From contig CAXHJY010000082.1 of the NCBI GenBank assembly GCA_964016885.1, forward strand, positions 146,783 through 210,782: a stretch of DNA of 64,000 nt, read 5' to 3'. Under the pieces are notes generated by a model that saw only the letters and a list, made by a program, of their open reading frames with translations, did not search any database and had not been told where the DNA came from. The DNA is from Eledone cirrhosa. Taxonomy: Eukaryota. Position 1 is the first letter of the stretch. Every line of letters starts with the position of its first letter. The translations under genes and the position numbers were made by a program. This document shows, one piece after another, positions 18,001 through 24,500 of this stretch.

Positions 18001-18522
18001 GTGATGATGACTATGGTGATGATGACTATGGTGATGATGACTATGGTGATGATGACTATGGTGATGATGACTCAGGTGATAATGACTATGGTGATGATGA
18101 CTATGGTGATGATGACTCTGACGATGATGACTCTGGTGATGATGACTCTGGTGATGATGACTATGGTGATGATGACTCTGGTGATGATGACTATGGTGAT
18201 GATGACTCTGGTGATGATGACTCTGGTGATGATGACTATGGTGATGATGACTATGGTGATGATGACTCTGGTGATGATGACTCTGACGATGATGACTATG
18301 GTGATGATGACTATGGTGATGATGACTATGGTGATGATTACTATGGTGATGATGACTATGGTGATGATGACTATGGTGATGATGACTATGGTGATGATGA
18401 CTATGGTGATGATGACTCTGGTGATGATGACTATGGTGATGATGACTCTGGTGATGATGACTATGGTGATGATGACTATGGTGATGATGACTATGGTGAT
18501 GATGACTCTGACGATGATGACT
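1..18522. repeat. Higher-order repeat domain A (periods about 1.3, 4.7 and 9.3 kb)
   Basis: Rare markers recur at fixed offsets: GGTATT 2026/11341; TATCGT 2820/12135/16860; GATCAC 3051/12366/17061; GAAGAC 3666/12981 (offset 9,315 bp = 621 units) and 3666/4956, 12981/14301 (about 1.3 kb). Confidence 0.9.
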
Positions 18523-18527
18523 GGTGA
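3..18527 (+). CDS. Possible 5'-open fragment of an extremely acidic (GDDDY/GDDDS/DDDDS)n low-complexity protein, 6,174 codons, ending ...SDDDDW-stop
   Basis: Frame +3 (GAT GAT GAC TCT GGT...) shows no stop by eye until TGA at 18525-18527. It is absent from the ORF track because it has no start codon in the window. Asp runs punctuated by Ser-Gly resemble Aspein-type shell matrix proteins (compositional analogy only). Openness is intrinsic to the repeat, so coding status is unproven. Confidence 0.3.
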   Translation, partial: DDDSGDDDYGDDDYGDDDSDDDDYGDDDYGDDDYGDDDYGDDDYGDDDYGDDDSADDDYGDDDSGDDDYGDDDYGDDDYGDDDSGDDDSGIDDYGDDDSDDDDSGDDDYGDDDYADDDYGDDDSGDDDYGDDDSGDDDAGDDDYGDDDSGDDDSSDDDSGDDDSDDDDYGDDDSDDDDYGDDDSDDDDSGDDDYGDDDYGDDDYGDDDSEDDDYGDDDYGDDDYGDDDSDDDDYGDDDYGDDDYGDDDSGDDDYGDDDSSDDDSGDDDYGDDDYGDDDYGDDDYGDDDYGDDDSDDDDYGDDDYGDDDYGDDDYGDDDYGDDDSDDDDYGDDDYGDDDYGDDDSGDDDYGDDNYGDDDYGDDDSDDDDYGDDEYGDDDSGDDDSDDDDYGDDDYGDDDSDDDDYGDDDYGDDDYGDDDYGDDNYGDDDYGDDDSDDDDYGDDDYGDDDYGDDDYCDDDSGDDDYGYDDYGDDDSDDDDYGDDDSGDDDSDDDDYGDDDSDDDDYGDDDSDDDDSGDDDYGDDDYGDDDYGDDVYGDDDYGDDDYGDDDYGDDDSGDDDYGDDDYGDDDYGDDVYGDDDYGDDDYGDDDSGDDDYGDDDYGDDDSDDDDYGDDDYGDDDYGDDDYGDDDYGDDDYGDDDSADDDYGDDDSGDDDYGDDDYGDDDYGDDDSGDDDSGIDDYGDDDSDDDDSGDDDYGDDDYADDDYGDDDSGDDDYGDDDSGDDDAGDDDYGDDDSGDDASGDDDSGDDDSDDDDYGDDDSDDDDYGDDDSDVDDSGDDDYGDDDYGDDDYGDDVYGDDDYGDDDYCDDDYGDDDSSDDDYGDDDYGDDDYGDDDYVDDDYGDDDYGDDDYGDDDSGDNDYGDDDYGDDDSDDDDSGDDDSGDDDYGDDDSGDDDYGDDDSGDDDTGDDDYGDDDYGDDDSGDDDSDDDDYGDDDYGDDDYRDDDYGDDDYGDDDYGDDDYGDDDSGDDDYGDDDSGDDDYGDDDYGDDDYGDDDSDDDDSGDDDYGDDDSDDDDYGDDHYGDDDYGDDDSGDDDYGDDDSDDDDSGDDDYGDDDYGDDDSGDDDSGDDDSGDDDSDDDDYGDDDSDDDDYGDDDSDDDDSGDDDYGDDDYGDDDYGDDVYGDDDYGDDDYGDDDYGDDDYGDDDYGDDDYGDDDYGDDDYGDDDYGDDDSDDDDYGDDDYGDDDYGDDDYGDDDYGDDDSADDDYGDDDSGDDDYGDDDYGDEDYGDDDSGDDDSGDDDYGDDDSDDDDSGDDDYGDDDYADDDYGDDDSGDDDYGDDDSGDDDSGDDDYGDDDSGDDASGDDDSGDDDSDDDDYGDDDYGDDDYGDDDNCDDDSGDDDSDDDDYGDDDSDDDDYGDDDSDDDDSGDDDYGDDDYGDDDYGDDDSEDDDYGDDDSDDDDYGDDDSDDDDYGDDDSDDDDSGDDDYGDDDYGDDDYGDDVYGDDDYGDDDYGDDDYGDDDYGDDDYGDDDYGDDDYGDDDYGDDDSDDDDSGDDDYGDDDYGDDDSGDDDSGDDDSGDDDSDDDDYGDDDSDDDDYGDDDSDDDDSGDDDYDDDDYGDDDYGDDVYGDDDYGDDDYGDDDYGDDDYGDDDYGDDDYGDDDYGDDDYGDDDYGDDDYGDDDYGDDDYGDDDSADDDYGDDDSGDDDYGDDDYGDEDYGDDDSGDDDSGDDDYGDDDSDDDDSGDDDYGDDDYADDDYGDDDSGDDDYGDDDSGDDDSGDDDYGDDYSGDDASGDDDSGDDDSDDDDYGDDDYGDDDYGDDDYCDDDSGDDDSDDDDYGDDDSDDDDYGDDDSDDDDSGDDDYGDDDYGDDDYGDDDSEDDDYGDDDYGDDDYGDDDSDDDDYGDDDYGDDDYGDDDSGDDDYGDDDSSDDDSGDDDYGDDDYGDDDYGDDDYGDDDYGDDDSDDDDYGDDDYGDDDYGDDDYGDDDYGDDDSDDDDYGDDDYGDDDYGDDDSGDDDYGDDNYGDDDYGDDDSDDDDYGDDEYGDDDSGDDDSDDDDYGDDDYGYDDSDDDDYGDDDYGDDDYGDDDYGDDNYGDDDYGDDDSDDDDYGDDDYGDDDYGDDDYCDDDSGDDDYGYDDYGDDDSDDDDYGDDDSGDDDSDDDDYGDDDSDDDDYGDDDSDDDDSGDDDYGDDDYGDDDYGDDVYGDDDYGDDDYGDDDYGDDDSGDDDYGDDDYGDDEYGDDVYGDDDYGDDDYGDDDSGDDDYGDDDSGDDDYGDDDSGDDDYGDDDYGDDDSGDDDYGDDEYGDDDSGDDDYGDDDSGDDDYGDDDYGDDDSGDDDSGDDDYGDDDYGYDDSGDDDYGDDDYGDDDYGDDDSDDDDSGDDDYGDDDYGDDDSGDDDSGDDDSGDDDSDDDDYGDDDSDDDDYGDDDSDDDDSGDDDYGDDDYGDDDYGDDVYGDDDYGDDDYGDDDYGDDDYGDDDYGDDDYGDDDYGDDDYGDDDYGDDDSDDDDYGDDDYGDDDYGDDDYGDDDSADDDYGDDDSGDDDYGDDDYGDEDYGDDDSGDDDSGDDDYGDDDSDDDDSGDDDYGDDDYADDDYGDDDSGDDDYGDDDSGDDDSGDDDYGDDDSGDDASGDDDSGDDDSDDDDYGDDDYGDDDYGDDDYCDDDSGDDDSDDDDYGDDDSDDDDYGDDDSDDDDSGDDDYGDDDYGDDDYGDDDSEDDDYGDDDYGDDDYGDDDSDDDDYGDDDYGDDDYGDDDSGDDDYGDDDSSDDDSGDDDYGDDDYGDDDYGDDDYGDDDYGDDDSDDDDYGDDDYGDDDYGDDDYGDDDYGDDDSDDDYYGDDDYGDDDYGDDDSGDDDYGDDNYGDDDYGDDDSDDDDYGDDEYGDDDSGDDDSDDDDYGDDDYGYDDSDDDDYGDDDYGDDDYGDDDYGDDNYGDDDYGDDDSDDDDYGDDDYGDDDYGDDDYCDDDSGDDDYGYDDYGDDDSDDDDYGDDDSGDDDSDDDDYGDDDSDDDDYGDDDSDDDDSGDDDYGDDDYGDDDYGDDVYGDDDYGDDDYGDDDYGDDDSGDDDYGDDDYGDDDYGDDVYGDDDYGDDDYGDDDSGDDDYGDDDSGDDDYGDDDSGDDDYGDDDYGDDDSGDDDYGDDEYGDDDSGDDDYGDDDSGDDDYGDDDYGDDDSGDDDSGDDDYGDDDYGYDDSGDDDYGDDDSEDDDYGDDDYGDDDYGDDDYGDDDYGNDDSDDDDYGDDDYGDDDYGDDDSGDDDYGDDDYGDDDYGDDDYGDDDSGDDDYGDDDSGDDDSGDDDYGDECSDDDDSGDDDYGDDDYADDDYGDDDSGDDDYGDDDSGDDDSGDDDYGDDDSGDDDSSDDDSGDDDSDDDDYGDDDSDDDDYGDDDSDDDDSGDDDYGDDDYGDDDYGDDDSEDDDYGDDDYGDDDYGDDDSDDDDYGDDDYGDDDYGDDDSSDDDSGDDDYGDDDYGDDDYGDDDYGDDDYGDDDSDDDDYGDDDYGDDDYGDDDYGDDDYGDDDSDDDDYGDDDYGDDDYGDDDSGDDDYGDDNYGDDDYGDDDSDDDDYGDDEYGDDDSGDDDSDDDDYGDDDYGDDDSDDDDYGDDDYGDDDYGDDDYGDDNYGDDDYGDDDSDDDDYGDDDYGDDDYGDDDYCDDDSGDDDYGYDDYGDDDSDDDDYGDDDSGDDDSDDDDYGDDDSDDDDYGDDDSDDDDSGDDDYGDDDYGDDDYGDDVYGDDDYGDDDYGDDDYGDDDSGDDDYGDDDYGDDDYGDDVYGDDDYGDDDYGDDDSGDDDYGDDDYGDDDYGDDDYGDDDYGDDDSADDDYGDDDSGDDDYGDDDYGDDDYGDDDSGDDDSGIDDYGDDDSDDDDSGDDDYGDDDYADDDYGDDDSGDDDYGDDDSGDDDAGDDDYGDDDSGDDASGDDDSGDDDSDDDDYGDDDSDDDDYGDDDSDVDDSGDDDYGDDDYGDDDYGDDVYGDDDYGDDDYCDDDYGDDDSSDDDYGDDDYGDDDYGDDDYVDDDYGDDDYGDDDYGDDDSGDNDYGDDDYGDDDSDDDDSGDDDSGDDDYGDDDSGDDDYGDDDSGDDDTGDDDYGDDDYGDDDSGDDDSDDDDYGDDDYGDDDYRDDDYGDDDYGDDDYGDDDYGDDDSGDDDYGDDDSGDDDYGDDDYGDDDYGDDDSDDDDSGDDDYGDDDSDDDDYGDDHYGDDDYGDDDSGDDDYGDDDSDDDDSGDDDYGDDDYGDDDSGDDDSGDDDSGDDDSDDDDYGDDDSDDDDYGDDDSDDDDSGDDDYGDDDYGDDDYGDDVYGDDDYGDDDYGDDDYGDDDYGDDDYGDDDYGDDDYGDDDYGDDDYGDDDSDDDDYGDDDYGDDDYGDDDYGDDDYGDDDSADDDYGDDDSGDDDYGDDDYGDEDYGDDDSGDDDSGDDDYGDDDSDDDDSGDDDYGDDDYADDDYGDDDSGDDDYGDDDSGDDDSGDDDYGDDDSGDDASGDDDSGDDDSDDDDYGDDDYGDDDYGDDDYCDDDSGDDDSDDDDYGDDDSDDDDYGDDDSDDDDSGDDDYGDDDYGDDDYGDDDSEDDDYGDDDSDDDDYGDDDSDDDDYGDDDSDDDDSGDDDYGDDDYGDDDYGDDVYGDDDYGDDDYGDDDYGDDDYGDDDYGDDDYGDDDYGDDDYGDDDSDDDDSGDDDYGDDDYGDDDSGDDDSGDDDSGDDDSDDDDYGDDDSDDDDYGDDDSDDDDSGDDDYGDDDYGDDDYGDDVYGDDDYGDDDYGDDDYGDDDYGDDDYGDDDYGDDDYGDDDYGDDDYGDDDSDDDDYGDDDYGDDDYGDDDYGDDDSADDDYGDDDSGDDDYGDDDYGDEDYGDDDSGDDDSGDDDYGDDDSDDDDSGDDDYGDDDYADDDYGDDDSGDDDYGDDDSGDDDSGDDDYGDDDSGDDASGDDDSGDDDSDDDDYGDDDYGDDDYGDDDYCDDDSGDDDSDDDDYGDDDSDDDDYGDDDSDDDDSGDDDYGDDDYGDDDYGDDDSEDDDYGDDDYGDDDYGDDDSDDDDYGDDDYGDDDYGDDDSGDDDYGDDDSSDDDYGDDDYGDDDYGDDDYGDDDYGDDDSDDDDYGDDDYGDDDYGDDDSGDDDYGDDNYGDDDYGDDDSDDDDYGDDEYGDDDSGDDDSDDDDYGDDDYGDDDSDDDDYGDDDYGDDDYGDDDYGDDNYGDDDYGDDDSDDDDYGDDDYGDDDYGDDDYCDDDSGDDDYGYDDYGDDDSDDDDYGDDDSGDDDSDDDDYGDDDSDDDDYGDDDSDDDDSGDDDYGDDDYGDDDYGDDVYVDDDYGDDDYGDDDYGDDDSGDDDYGDDDYGDDDYGDDVYGDDDYGDDDYGDDDSGDDDYGDDDYGDDDSDDDDYGDDDYGDDDYGDDDYGDDDYGDDDSADDDYGDDDSGDDDYGDDDYGDDDYGDDDSGDDDSGDDDYGDDDSDDDDSGDDDYGDDDYADDDYGDDDSGDDDYGDDDSGDDDAGDDDYGDDDSGDDASGDDDSGDDDSDDDDYGDDDSDDDDYGDDDSDVDDSGDDDYGDDDYGDDDYGDDVYGDDDYGDDDYCDDDYGDDDSSDDDYGDDDYGDDDYGDDDYVDDDYGDDDYGDDDYGDDDSGDNDYGDDDYGDDDSDDDDSGDDDSGDDDYGDDDSGDDDYGDDDSGDDDTGDDDYGDDDYGDDDSGDDDSDDDDYGDDDYGDDDYRDDDYGDDDYGDDDYGDDDYGDDDSGDDDYGDDDYGDDDYGDDDSDDDDSGDDDYGDDDSDDDDYGDDHYGDDDYGDDDSGDDDYGDDDSDDDDSGDDDYGDDDYGDDDSGDDDSGDDDSGDDDSDDDDYGDDDSDDDDYGDDDSDDDDSGDDDYGDDDYGDDDYGDDVYGDDDYGDDDYGDDDYGDDDYGDDDYGDDDYGDDDYGDDDYGDDDSDDDDYGDDDYGDDDYGDDDYGDDDYGDDDSADDDYGDDDSGDDDYGDDDYGDEDYGDDDSGDDDSGDDDYGDDDSDDDDSGDDDYGDDDYADDDYGDDDSGDDDYGDDDSGDDDSGDDDYGDDDSGDDASGDDDSGDDDSDDDDYGDDDSSDDDYGDDDYGDDDYGDDDYGDDDYGDDDYGDDDYGDDDSGDNDYGDDDYGDDDSDDDDSGDDDSGDDDYGDDDSGDDDYGDDDSGDDDSGDDDYGDDDYGDDDSGDDDSDDDDYGDDDYGDDDYGDDYYGDDDYGDDDYGDDDYGDDDYGDDDSGDDDYGDDDSGDDDYGDDDYGDDDYGDDDSDDDDW
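18510..18527 (+). other. 13-bp variant unit (2-bp deletion, GAC-T-GGT), frameshift copy 1
   Basis: Sequence gacgatgatgactggtga. The repeat phase shifts by 2 nt from here on. Confidence 0.95.
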
Positions 18528-21500
18528 TGATGACTATGGTGATGATGACTCTGGTGATGATGACTATGGTGATGATGACTCTGATGATGATGACTCTGGT
18601 GATGATGACTATGGTGATGATGACTCTGACGATGATGACTCTGGTGATGATGACTATGGTGATGATGACTATGGTGATGATGACTATGGTGATGATGACT
18701 ATGGTGATGATGACTATGGTGATGATGATTCTGACGATGATGACTATGGTGAAGATAACTATGGTGATGATGACTATGGTGATGATGACTCTGGTGATGA
18801 TGACCCTGGTGATGATGACTCTGGTGATGATGACTCTGGTGATGATGACTATGGTGATGATGACTATGGTGATGATGACTATGGTGATGATGACTCTGGT
18901 GATGATGACTATGGTGATGATGATTCTGAAGATGATGACTATTGTGATGATGACTATGGTGATGATGACTATGGTGATGATGACTATGGTGATGATGATT
19001 CTGACGATGATGACTATGGTGATGATGACTATGGTGATGATGACTATGGTGATGCTGACTCTGGTGATGATGACTATGGTGATGATGCCTCTGGTGATGA
19101 TGACTCTGGTGATGATGACTATGGTGATGATGACTATGGTGATGATGACTATGGTGATGATGACTATGGTGATGATGACTATGGTGATGATGACTATGGT
19201 GATGATGACTATGGTGATGATGACTATGGTGATGATGACTATGGTGATGATGACTCTGACGATGATGACTATGGTGATGATGACTATGGTGATGATGACT
19301 ATGGTGATGATGACTATGGTGATGATGACTATGGTGATGATAACTATGGTGATGATGACTATGGTGATGATGACTCTGACGATGATGACTATGGTGATGA
19401 TGAATATGGTGATGATGACTCTGGTGATGATGACTCTGACGATGATGACTATGGTGATGATGACTATGGTGATGATGACTATGGTGATGATGACTCTCAC
19501 GATGATGACTATGGTGATGATGACTCTGACGATGATGACTATGGTGATGATGACTATGGTGATGATGACTCTGGTGATGATGACTATGGTGATGATGCCT
19601 CTGGTGATGATGACTCTGGTGATGATGACTATGGTGATGATGACTATGGTGATGATGACTCTGGTGATGATGACTCTGACGATGATGACTATGGTGATGA
19701 TGACTATGGTGATGATGACTATGGTGATGATGACTATGGTGATGATGACTATGGTGATGATGACTATGGTGATGATGACTCTGGTGATGATGACTATGGT
19801 GATGATGACTATGGTGATGATGACTATGGTGATGATGACTCTGACGATGATGACTCTGGTGATGATGACTATGGTGATGATGACTCTGGTGATGATGACT
19901 ATGGTGATGATGACTCTGACGATGATGACTCTGGTGATGATGACTATGGTGATGATGACTATGGTGATGATGACTATGGTGATGATGACTATGGTGATGA
20001 TGACTATGGTGATGATGATTCTGACGATGATGACTATGGTGATGATAACTATGGTGATGATGACTATGGTGATGATGACTCTGGTGATGATGACCCTGGT
20101 GATGATGACTCTGGTGATGATGACTCTGGTGATGATGACTATGGTGATGATGACTATGGTGATGATGACTATGGTGATGATGACTCTGGTGATGATGACT
20201 ATGGTGATGATGATTCTGAAGATGATGACTATTGTGATGATGACTATGGTGATGATGACTATGGTGATGATGACTATGGTGATGATGATTCTGACGATGA
20301 TGACTATGGTGATGATGACTATGGTGATGATGACTATGGTGATGCTGACTCTGGTGATGATGACTATGGTGATGATGCCTCTGGTGATGATGACTCTGGT
20401 GATGATGACTATGGTGATGATGACTATGGTGATGATGACTATGGTGATGATGACTATGGTGATGATGACTATGGTGATGATGACTCTGACGATGATGACT
20501 ATGGTGATGATGACTATGGTGATGATGACTATGGTGATGATGACTCTGACGATGATGACTATGGTGATGATGACTATGGTGATCATGACTATGGTGATGA
20601 TGACTATGGTGATGATGACTATGGTGATGATAACTATGGTGATGATGACTATGGTGATGATGACTCTGACGATGATGACTATGGTGATGATGAATATGGT
20701 GATGATGACTCTGGTGATGATGACTCTGACGATGATGACTATGGTGATGATGACTATGGTGATGATGACTATGGTGATGATGACTCTGACGATGATGACT
20801 ATGGTGATGATGACTATGGTGATGATGACTATGGTGATGATGACTATTGTGATGATGACTCTGGTGATGATGACTATGGTTATGATGACTATGGTGATGA
20901 TGACTCTGACGACGATGACTATGGTGATGATGACTCTGGTGATGATGACTCTGACGATGATGACTATGGTGATGATGACTCTGACGATGATGACTATGGT
21001 GATGATGACTATGGTGATGATGACTATGGTGATGATGACTATGGTGATGATGACTATGGTGATGATGACTCTGGTGATGATGACTATGGTGATAATGACT
21101 ATGGTGATGATGACTCTGGTGATGATGACTATGGTGATGATGACTCTGGTGATGATGACTATGGTGATGATGACTCTGGTGATGATGACTATGGTGATGA
21201 TGACTCTGACGATGATGACTCTGGTGATGATGACTATGGTGATGATGACTATGCTGATGATGACTATGGTGATGATGACTCTGGTGATGATGATTCTGAC
21301 GATGATGACTATGGTGATGACGACTATGGTGATGATGACTATGGTGATGATGACTCTGGTGATGATGACTATGGTGATGATGACTCTGGTGATGATGACT
21401 CTGGTGATGATGACTATGGTGATGATGACTATGGTGATGATGACTATGGTGATGATGACTCTGGTGATGATGACTATGGTGATGATGACTATGGTGATGA

Positions 21501-24500
21501 TGACTCTGGTGATGATGATTCTGACGATGATGACTATGGTGATGACGACTATGGTGATGATGACTATGGTGATGATGACTCTGGTGATGATGACTATGGT
21601 GATGATGACTCTGGTGATGATGACTCTGGTGATGATGACTATGGTGATGATGACTATGGTGATGATGACTATGGTGATGATGACTATGGTGATGATGACT
21701 ATGGTGATGATGACTCTGACGATGATGACTATGGTGATGATGACTATGGTGATGATGACTATGGTGATGATGACTATGGTGATGATGACTCTGACGATGA
21801 TGACTATGGTGATGATGACTATGGTGATGATGACTATGGTGATGATGACTCTGGTGATGATGACTATAGTGATGATGACTCTGACGATGATGACTATGGT
21901 GATGATGACTATGGTGATGATGACTCTGGTGATGATGACTCTGGTGATGATGACTCTGACGATGATGACTATGGTGATGATGACTATGGTGATGATGACT
22001 CTGACGATGATGACTATGGTGATGATGACTATGGTGATGATGACTCTGGTGATGATGACTCTGGTGATGATGACTCTGGTGATGATGACTCTGACGATGA
22101 TGACTATGGTGATGATGACTCTGACGATGATGACTATGGTGATGATGACTTTGACGATGATGACTCTGGTGATGATGACTATGGTGATGATGACTATGGT
22201 GATGATGACTATGGTGATCATGACTATGGTGATGATGACTATGGTGATGATGACTATGGTGATGATGACTATGGTGATGATGACTCTGGTGATGATGACT
22301 ATGGTGATGATGACTATGGTGATGATGACTATGGTAATGATGACTATGGTGATGATGACTATGGTGATGATGACTATGGTGATGATGACTATGGTGATGA
22401 TGACTATTGTGATGATGACTCTGGTGATGATGACTATGGTTATGATGACTATGGTGATGATGACTCTGGTGATGATGACTATGGTGATGATGACTATGGT
22501 GATGATGACTATGGTGATGATGACTATGGTGATGATGACTATGGTGATGATGACTATGGTGATGATGACTATGGTGATGATGACTATGGTGATGATGACT
22601 ATTGTGATGATGACTCTGGTGATGATGACTATGGTGATGATGACTATGGTGATGATGACTATGGTGATGATGACTATGGTGATGATGACTATGGTGATGA
22701 TGACTATGGTGATGATGACTATTGTGATGATGACTCTGGTGATGATGACTATGGTTATGATGACTATGGTGATGATGACTCTGACGATGATGACTATGGT
22801 GATGATGACTCTGGTGATGATGACTCTGACGATGATGACTATGGTGATGATGACTCTGACGATGATGACTATGGTGATGATGACTATGGTGATGATGACT
22901 ATGGTGATGATGACTATGGTGATGATGACTATGGTGATGATGACTCTGGTGATGATGACTATGGTGATGATGACTATGGTGATGATGACTATGGTGATGA
23001 TGACTATGGTGATGATGACTCTGGTGATGATGACTATGGTGATGATGACTCTGGTGATGATGACTATGGTGATGATGACGCTGACGATGATGACTCTGGT
23101 GATGATGACTATGGTGATGATGACTATGCTGATGATGACTATGGTGATGATGACTATGGTGATGATGACTCTGGTGATGATGACTATGGTGATGATGACT
23201 ATGGTGATGATGACTCTGGTGATGATGATTCTGACGATGATGACTATGGTGATGACGACTATGGTGATGATGACTATGGTGCTGATGACTCTGGTGATGA
23301 TGACTATGGTGATGAAGACTCTGGTGATGATGACTCTGGTGATGATGACTATGGTGATGATGACTATGGTGATGATGACTCTGGTGATGATGACTCTGGT
23401 GATGATGACTATGGTGATGATGACTATGGTGATGATGACTATGGTGATGATGACTATGGTGATGATGACTATGGTGATGATGACTCTGACGATGATGACT
23501 ATGGTGATGATGACTATGGTGATGATGACTATGGTGATGATGACTATGGTGATGATGACTCTGACGATGATGACTATGGTGATGATGACTATGGTGATGA
23601 TGACTATGGTGATGATGACTCTGGTGATGATGACTATAGTGATGATGACTCTGACGATGATGACTATGGTGATGATGACTATGGTGATGATGACTCTGGT
23701 GATGATGACTCTGGTGATGATGACTCTGACGATGATGACTATGGTGATGATGACTATGGTGATGATGACTCTGACGATGATGACTATGGTGATGATGACT
23801 ATGGTGATGATGACTCTGGTGATGATGACTCTGGTGATGATGACTCTGGTGATGATGACTCTGACGATGATGACTATGGTGATGATGACTCTGACGATGA
23901 TGACTATGGTGATGATGACTTTGACGATGATGACTCTGGTGATGATGACTATGGTGATGATGACTATGGTGATGATGACTATGGTGATCATGACTATGGT
24001 GATGATGACTATGGTGATGATGACTATGGTGATGATGACTATGGTGATGATGACTCTGGTGATGATGACTATGGTGATGATGACCATGGTGATGATGACT
24101 ATGGTAATGATGACTATGGTGATGATGACTATGGTGATGATGACTATGGTGATGATGACTATGGTGATGATGACTATTGTGATGATGACTCTGGTGATGA
24201 TGACTATGGTTATGATGACTATGGTGATGATGACTCTGACGATGATGACTATGGTGATGATGACTATGGTGATGATGACTATGGTGATGATGACTATGGT
24301 GATGATGACTATTGTGATGATGACTCTGGTGATGATGACTATGGTTATGATGACTATGGTGATGATGACTATGGTGATGATGACTATGGTGATGATGACT
24401 ATGGTGATGATGACTATGGTGATGATGACTATTGTGATGATGACTCTGGTGATGATGACTATGGTTATGATGACTATGGTGATGATGACTCTGACGATGA

